Assembly: GCA_963668175.1 (NCBI GenBank)
Contig: OY764159.1
Location: forward strand, 4,416,001 to 4,480,000
Direction of reading: 5' to 3'
Source of the DNA: Syntrophales bacterium
GTDB lineage: Bacteria > Desulfobacterota > Syntrophia > Syntrophales > PHBD01
Length of the DNA stretch: 64,000 nucleotides
Shown here: positions 58,397 through 64,000 of the stretch, piece by piece
Position numbering within the stretch: position 1 is the first letter of the stretch
How the letters are laid out: every line of letters starts with the position of its first letter
The notes under the pieces: model-generated
Database searches by the model: none
What the model was told of the DNA's origin: nothing
What the model saw: only the letters and a program-made list of their open reading frames with translations
Made by a program: the position numbers and the translations under genes

Positions 58397-59125
58397 ATGG
58401 ACAATGGAAAAGTCGCAGTCGTCACAGGCGGCAGCAGGGGTATCGGACGGGCGATTGGCGTGGAATTGGCCCGGGCGGGATATCATGTCGTCTTCACATA
58501 CAAGGCCAACGATCAAGCCGCCGAGGAGACGCTGGCCTTGATCAGAGAGACCGGGGGCGAAGGAGAGGCCATGAAGTTCGATGTGGCCGTATCGGCGGAA
58601 GCGGAACAGCACATGTCGGCTCTTGCGTCGCGGGTCAAGAATATCGATGTACTGGTCAACAATGCGGGCGTGACGGCGGACGGCCTCTTCATGATGATGC
58701 CGGAGCATGACTGGGACGCCGTCATCAGCACGGCGCTCAAGGGATTCTACAATATGACGAAACCGGTCATCCGTAAGATGGCGCGCAACAAGAGAGGCTC
58801 TATCGTCTCAATATCTTCTGTTGCCGCTCTTCTTCCGAACCGGGGTCAGGTCAACTATTCCGCGGCCAAAGCCGGCCTCATTGCGGCAAGCCGGTCGCTG
58901 GCCGCTGAAGTGGGCCGCATGGGCATCCGGGTCAATGTCGTCGCCCCGGGGGCGATAGAAACGGAAATGATTCAACATGCCCCCCTGGAGCGTATCAAGG
59001 ACATCATTCCCATGGCCCGGATCGGCCGTCCGGAAGAAGTGGCCAAGGTTGTTGCCTTCCTGTGTTCTGAAGATGCATCCTACATCACCGGTCAGGTCAT
59101 TTCCGTGAACGGAGGCATGATCTGA
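58397..59125 (+). CDS. fabG: 3-oxoacyl-ACP reductase
   Basis: [25 protein letters not shown]. Confidence 0.92.
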   Translation: MDNGKVAVVTGGSRGIGRAIGVELARAGYHVVFTYKANDQAAEETLALIRETGGEGEAMKFDVAVSAEAEQHMSALASRVKNIDVLVNNAGVTADGLFMMMPEHDWDAVISTALKGFYNMTKPVIRKMARNKRGSIVSISSVAALLPNRGQVNYSAAKAGLIAASRSLAAEVGRMGIRVNVVAPGAIETEMIQHAPLERIKDIIPMARIGRPEEVAKVVAFLCSEDASYITGQVISVNGGMI

Positions 59126-59158
59126 CATGACCTGCCCTGTCGGAAGGAACCCTGCCTC

Positions 59159-59806
59159 ATGAGGATCAGCAAAAAGACATCCACGCCTATTCGAAAGCTG
59201 ACATGGCGGCTGTGGCCGCTGCTCGTTCTGTGCCCGCTCCTGCTGGGATGGGCAGAGAGCTGGGAGCAGATCAGGCAGCAGTCGGAAAAGATAACGTCCA
59301 TCAGCGCCCGTTTCACGCAGAAAAAAGAAATGAACATCCTGGCCAGACCACTCGTGTCGGAGGGGCGCTTCTACTTCAAATCCCCGGATTCGATACGATG
59401 GGAGTATCTCACGCCGGTACGGAGCATCATGCTCATGCACGGGGGTGATGTCCATCGTTATGTCAAGGGGGATAAGGGTTTCGTCGAAGACGCCGGCGTC
59501 AGGATGCCCGGGATGAAGGTCGTCTTCCAGGAAATCACCACCTGGAGCAAGGGCAGATTCGATCAAAACAAGAGCTTTGCGGCCACATTGAAGCCGGGCA
59601 AGGCACCCATGATTATCCTGACGCCGAAAGAAAAGGGGCTTGCCGATATGATCCAAAGGATCGAAATCACCCTCTCGGGAGAAAAGGCCGGCGCGATCAA
59701 GACCATCCATATCGTCGAGGGCGAAAAGGCCTCAACGTGGCTGGAGTTCAAAGACATCGAACTGAATAAGGGAATCGATGATTCGCTTTTTAAAGAAATC
59801 CGCTAG
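59159..59806 (+). CDS. LolA-like periplasmic lipid/lipoprotein carrier
   Basis: Signal peptide, ARFTQKK, SEGRFYF..P..IRWEY. Confidence 0.82.
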   Translation: MRISKKTSTPIRKLTWRLWPLLVLCPLLLGWAESWEQIRQQSEKITSISARFTQKKEMNILARPLVSEGRFYFKSPDSIRWEYLTPVRSIMLMHGGDVHRYVKGDKGFVEDAGVRMPGMKVVFQEITTWSKGRFDQNKSFAATLKPGKAPMIILTPKEKGLADMIQRIEITLSGEKAGAIKTIHIVEGEKASTWLEFKDIELNKGIDDSLFKEIR

Positions 59807-60560
59807 AAGACGTACAAGACCGAACATACCGTTCATCAGAGGGTTTTTTGCCGGCCTGTCGATCATAAAAAGGACAAAAAACCGGCAGCGGGGACGAGGT
59901 TTTGCCGCCTTGCTCCTCATCGTCTTCCTGATTTCGTGCAGCGGAATGCCCAAGCTAAGACCGGCTGATCCCAACATACTCCAGGATGTGAAAAAGCAGT
60001 GCCTGCGCCCCTTTCCCGAGAGTCCCTATCGGCTGATCCATTCCGTGGAGGCCTCGTTTTCAGGAGGAACGCAGATCCATCTTCTCGGCGTTCTGCTTGT
60101 CGACCCCGAGGCAAGGTCGCTTCGCAGCGTTATTATGACCATTGAGGGATTCGTTCTTTTCGACGCAGAACTCGGAAAGCTTGTGCAAATCAATCGGGGG
60201 GTCCCGCCTTTCGATTCGGTCGCCTATGCGGAGCATATGATGGAGGACCTCTGGCTCATGGTCTTCCCGCCTCCGGGGATATTGTCTGATGCCGGCTTCA
60301 CAGAGGACGGCTCTATGGTATGCCGGTTCCGGGATGCGGACGGAGCGACGACCGACATCAGCGTCGGCCGGGAGTCCGTCTGGTTCATCAGGCGGTATGA
60401 CAGACAAGATGTGTTGATTCGTACGGCGAGGGCTTCCCTTCTTAATGAAAACAACATCCCGGGACGCCTCGACTTGGAAAGCCACGGGTCCGGCGGATAT
60501 ACCCTGCATATGGCCTTGATCGGCGCGGAACCCGTCCCATCCGAACCCAATAAGCAATAA
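59778..60560 (+). CDS. Hypothetical lipoprotein (aryl-polyene-cluster-associated type)
   Basis: Lipobox LISC; follows the LolA-like gene; start uncertain. Confidence 0.6.
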   Translation: MIRFLKKSARRRTRPNIPFIRGFFAGLSIIKRTKNRQRGRGFAALLLIVFLISCSGMPKLRPADPNILQDVKKQCLRPFPESPYRLIHSVEASFSGGTQIHLLGVLLVDPEARSLRSVIMTIEGFVLFDAELGKLVQINRGVPPFDSVAYAEHMMEDLWLMVFPPPGILSDAGFTEDGSMVCRFRDADGATTDISVGRESVWFIRRYDRQDVLIRTARASLLNENNIPGRLDLESHGSGGYTLHMALIGAEPVPSEPNKQ

Positions 60561-60573
60561 AAGGATTTTTCTC

Positions 60574-61842
60574 ATGAAATTCAGATTGATTTATCCCCGT
60601 TGGAAGAAACTGGCGAGACAGACCGAGTTTCACCTCCCGCCCCATGGTCCCGTTGTTTTTGCCGCAACGGTCCCGCCCGATATAGATGTTGAATTCATCG
60701 ATGAAAATGTCGAGCCTATCGATTTCGACACTCCCGTCGACTTCATCGGTATTTCCATGATGCTGACAAGCCAGGTGAAGCGGGGGTGGGAGATAGCGGA
60801 TATCTACCGCCAAAAGGGAATCAAGGTCATCGTGGGCGGGATCGCCGTCATGCTCCACGCGGAAGAAATGAAGGATCACGCCGATGCCGTATTCCTGGGA
60901 GAAGCGGAAGGACGCATGGAAGGCGTCTTCGACGATTTCAGGAACAACCGCTTACGAAAGGTTTACAATTACATGGGGGAGTTTCCGCCGATCGAGGCGG
61001 TCGGCCCGGCCCGACGGAGCATCCTGAACCGGGAATTGTACAACTATAAGGGCGTCCAGATGGTGGACTTGGTCCATACGTCAAGGGGATGCCGCTTCGA
61101 CTGTTACCCCTGTTGCGTAAGTTACCTCGGCGGCCGGAAATTCCGGCCCAGGCCGTTCGATAGAGTGGCGGAAGAGCTCGCCGGCATCGACAACAACCGC
61201 CTCTTCATTGTCGATAATTCCCTCGCCCAGGACAAAGAATGGGAAATGGGCCTCTTTCGGGAAATGATCCCTCTGAAGAAGAAATGGTGCTGTCATCCCA
61301 TCGAAAACGACGACCAGGTGCTGGACCTGGCCGCCCAGGCCGGGGCCTGGTACGTTTATCAGGCCATCTTCGATACATCCGATTACATAAAGGAACGGAT
61401 CAAACGTTATCACGACTACGGCATCGGAGTCGAAGGCACGATTCTTCTCGGCCTGGACGAGCATACGGAGGACAGCATCAAGAGGCTGATCGACTTTCTC
61501 ATGGAAGTCGAACTCGATCTGGCGGAATTCACCGTTTTGACCCCCTTCCCCCACACCCGCACTTTCGACGATCTGCACAGGGAAAAACGCATTCTCTCTT
61601 ACGACTGGAACGACTACACGGCAGACAAGGTGGTCTTCCAACCCAAGAATATGTCGCCCGATAAACTCCAGGAGCTTTACGGTTACGCCTGGGATACCTT
61701 CTACGGGGAAGAACCGCAGAATTACAAGATGTTCAGACTGTTCAAGCGGGTCATCGAGAAGGAGCGGGCCGACAATACCTTGAGACCCCGCCGGCGCGAC
61801 CTGACAGCCCGGAAATTCGGCCGCCGGGGGGAGCCGTCTTAA
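60574..61842 (+). CDS. Cobalamin-binding radical SAM protein
   Basis: N-terminal B12-binding-like domain (DENVE, VIVGG, GEAE), SRGCRFDCYPC, LTPFP. Confidence 0.88.
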   Translation: MKFRLIYPRWKKLARQTEFHLPPHGPVVFAATVPPDIDVEFIDENVEPIDFDTPVDFIGISMMLTSQVKRGWEIADIYRQKGIKVIVGGIAVMLHAEEMKDHADAVFLGEAEGRMEGVFDDFRNNRLRKVYNYMGEFPPIEAVGPARRSILNRELYNYKGVQMVDLVHTSRGCRFDCYPCCVSYLGGRKFRPRPFDRVAEELAGIDNNRLFIVDNSLAQDKEWEMGLFREMIPLKKKWCCHPIENDDQVLDLAAQAGAWYVYQAIFDTSDYIKERIKRYHDYGIGVEGTILLGLDEHTEDSIKRLIDFLMEVELDLAEFTVLTPFPHTRTFDDLHREKRILSYDWNDYTADKVVFQPKNMSPDKLQELYGYAWDTFYGEEPQNYKMFRLFKRVIEKERADNTLRPRRRDLTARKFGRRGEPS

Positions 61843-61904
61843 AAAATAGGATACGCTTTGGCTGTAAGCATGCTATAATACTTCAAAACAGGAGGGATTA
61901 TCGC

Positions 61905-63089
61905 ATGAAGAAGCCGTTATTGATCCTGGCGCACATTGCCTTCATGACCGTATGCCTGCTCGCTTGCGACTTTGCCGAAGCCGCCTCTCCGATGCAGGTG
62001 GAACCGCTCCACTCGACCCTCCGGAAGGGAGCGGAAAAGATATTCGATCTGGACACCCAGGGCGCCATAGCCCAATTTCAAAAGGCTGTGGATCTGGACC
62101 GGGAGAATCCCGTCGGCTATGCCTTCCTGACCCTGACATATCTTTTTGCCTATGAGACGAGTTTCGAGCAGAAAGAACGGGAAACGTATCAGGGGTTTAT
62201 GTTGCGTTACGCCGATCAGGCCGTAGCCCTGGGAAGCAAGAGGCTCGAAAAGCGGGCGGATGACGTCCAGGCCCATTATGCCATCGTATTGGCCAGGATC
62301 GCCAAAGTTCGCTGGGCGATCGGTCTGAAACGTTACACGGTTATCGTCCAGGAGACGTCCAACATCTGGGATTACTGCGAAAAGATCAAGAAAGAGGCTC
62401 CGCAGGATTTCGATGTTTACTTCCCGATGGGCCTGCTCCACTATCATCTCGACTTGCTGCCCGGTTTCAGCCGTTTCATCTCTTCCATCCTGATTACGAC
62501 CGGCGACCGCAAGAAAGGGATACAGGAATTGGAGACTGCCGCCCAGAAGGGCGACCTGCTGCGGGAACTCGCCCAGGCGGAATTGACATCGATCTATTCC
62601 AATTACGAGAATATGCCGCAACGGGCCCTGCCCTTGGCCAAAAAATTGAAAGACGCCTACCCGCGCAACTATAATTTCTCTTTTGCCCTTGCCAATACGC
62701 TGTCGGATATACACAGGTTCGACGAAGCCTTCGCCATCGCCCGGGAAATCGAAAAAGGCATTGTCACGAAGACCCCTCCTTATGTCGCAAAGCTCCAGTC
62801 CCGTTATGAACTGCTGATGGGAAGAATCCTCTTCAACCAGCAAAAATATGCTCTGGCGGTGGAGTATCTGCAGCGGGCCAAGCAGGATACCGCCCCGTAC
62901 AATGCCCGTATCAGGGCCTGGGCGCTGGTTCGCCTCGGTATGATAAGTGATGCCCGCAAGGAGAGAAGCAAGGCGCAGGAATACTATTCGCAGGCTCTGG
63001 ACGTGGAAGGGGGAGAAGGAGCCGCCCAGGCGGAAGCCAGGAAATACCAGAACACGCCTTACGTACCGCCGGCGCCCGAGAGCCGATAG
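61905..63089 (+). CDS. Secreted tetratricopeptide-repeat protein
   Basis: Signal peptide, helical A/Y/L TPR-like repeats, GGAGG RBS. Confidence 0.75.
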   Translation: MKKPLLILAHIAFMTVCLLACDFAEAASPMQVEPLHSTLRKGAEKIFDLDTQGAIAQFQKAVDLDRENPVGYAFLTLTYLFAYETSFEQKERETYQGFMLRYADQAVALGSKRLEKRADDVQAHYAIVLARIAKVRWAIGLKRYTVIVQETSNIWDYCEKIKKEAPQDFDVYFPMGLLHYHLDLLPGFSRFISSILITTGDRKKGIQELETAAQKGDLLRELAQAELTSIYSNYENMPQRALPLAKKLKDAYPRNYNFSFALANTLSDIHRFDEAFAIAREIEKGIVTKTPPYVAKLQSRYELLMGRILFNQQKYALAVEYLQRAKQDTAPYNARIRAWALVRLGMISDARKERSKAQEYYSQALDVEGGEGAAQAEARKYQNTPYVPPAPESR

Positions 63090-63308
63090 CCATGCCGCAA
63101 TCCGGTGCGGCATAGCGGTCATCGTCGACGGAAAGATCGCATCCCTTCGCCATCCCGATCCGGGAAACGCTATAGAAGCGGTATTGCCGATGGATACAAC
63201 CGGTCTCAGTTCGATACGACCTGCGGGGAAAGGATGGGCCCAGACCGGGTCATCTGAATATTTCGGGGAAAGATATTCCTCAAGGGGTCCGTTTTCAGAT
63301 CGCGACGG

Positions 63309-64000
63309 TCAGCGTTCACGGAATTCGAACATGACCTTTTCGTAAGGGGCAAACATCATCTGGTACAGGTCCATGGCGTAGCGGTCCGTCATGCCCGAAA
63401 TGTAGTCCGTCAATACCCGTCTTTTATCGGATATGCTTCCCGCCTGCTCGTACCGCGTTTTCCAATGGCCGGGCAGCATCTCCGGCGCTTTTTCGAGGTG
63501 TTCGAATATCCGCCGAATGACCAGTTTGCCCTTTTCGTTCATGATGCAGACCTGCGCCTTCTTATAGACATTGTCGTATAGATAATCCTTCAGGCGGTTG
63601 AAATCCGCCCAGTCCTTGGCGGGTGCGGCGACAATGTCCATGGCCGTCCGTCTTACGTCCCCCACGGAGCGGATGTTGTAGCGTTTGAGGTTTCGCCGCG
63701 TTTCCCGGATGACCATCACATTGGCCTCTTCGATGAGCGTTCGGACGAGGAGCCGCGACTGCAGAACCGTATCGGATACGAGAAAGTTGCTGAACTGCCC
63801 GGTGCATTTCCTGAGCACCTTGTTCATCAGGGGATTATTCATGGCCCGGGCGTCGTCGATGCTGAGATACCCCGCATTGAGGGCATCTTCCAGATCGTGG
63901 GCGCAATAGGCCAGGGGATCGGCGATATTGACGGCCTGGGCCTCCAGGGAGGAATTGACATACCGGCCGAATTCGGCCGGCGGAACGGGATGGTCGTGAG
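63309..64000 (-). CDS. dgt: Deoxyguanosinetriphosphate triphosphohydrolase (dGTPase), 5' part outside the window
   Basis: SLEAQAVNIADPLAYCAHDLEDA and DYISGMTDRYA motifs. Confidence 0.88.
   Translation of the reverse strand, partial: HDHPVPPAEFGRYVNSSLEAQAVNIADPLAYCAHDLEDALNAGYLSIDDARAMNNPLMNKVLRKCTGQFSNFLVSDTVLQSRLLVRTLIEEANVMVIRETRRNLKRYNIRSVGDVRRTAMDIVAAPAKDWADFNRLKDYLYDNVYKKAQVCIMNEKGKLVIRRIFEHLEKAPEMLPGHWKTRYEQAGSISDKRRVLTDYISGMTDRYAMDLYQMMFAPYEKVMFEFRER

Noticed and set aside
1..64000. CRISPR arrays, tRNA/rRNA, IS elements, prophage or defence island
   Set aside because: No regularly spaced repeats, RNA-gene signatures or transposase/integrase motifs seen by eye. The dGTPase looks like the housekeeping type. 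An Infernal/tRNAscan run would be needed to exclude small RNAs.

Overview
Gene-dense bacterial chromosomal window. The gene content (delta-type BirA operator, HesB-like protein, PEP-CTERM protein, sigma54 promoters, DUF116) suggests an anaerobic Desulfobacterota/Syntrophales-like organism; this is an inference. I saw no rRNA, tRNA, CRISPR array, transposase or phage genes. Left to right: a MacAB-like ABC exporter, a lytic transglycosylase, cydAB, a TRAP transporter and a sigma54-preceded DUF3141 (PHA-synthase-like) gene. Next is a BirA-controlled biotin operon (bioA...bioF-bioD) that embeds a private type II fatty-acid-synthesis cassette (ACP, KS, KR, split dehydratase, nitroreductase-fold protein) instead of bioC/bioH/bioW. 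Then come a Crp/Fnr regulator with a perfect CRP box, a PAS-GGDEF gene and peptide ABC permeases. These are followed by a GT2 synthase-SPOR fusion / GH26 / BcsS-like barrel operon, a PEP-CTERM gene and an atypical ddl. The right half holds a dispersed aryl-polyene-like type II PKS region (two KS/CLF pairs, ACP, ammonia-lyase, ligases, FabG, hotdog, LolA-like, B12 radical SAM), interrupted by a PhcB-like methyltransferase divergent from a 4xPAS kinase/NarL-family pair. The window ends in a partial dGTPase. Best candidates for undescribed biology: the bio-FAS cassette, the GT2-SPOR/GH26/barrel system, and a possible lipid methyl-ester signalling module. All family calls come from motif recognition by eye, not from database searches.
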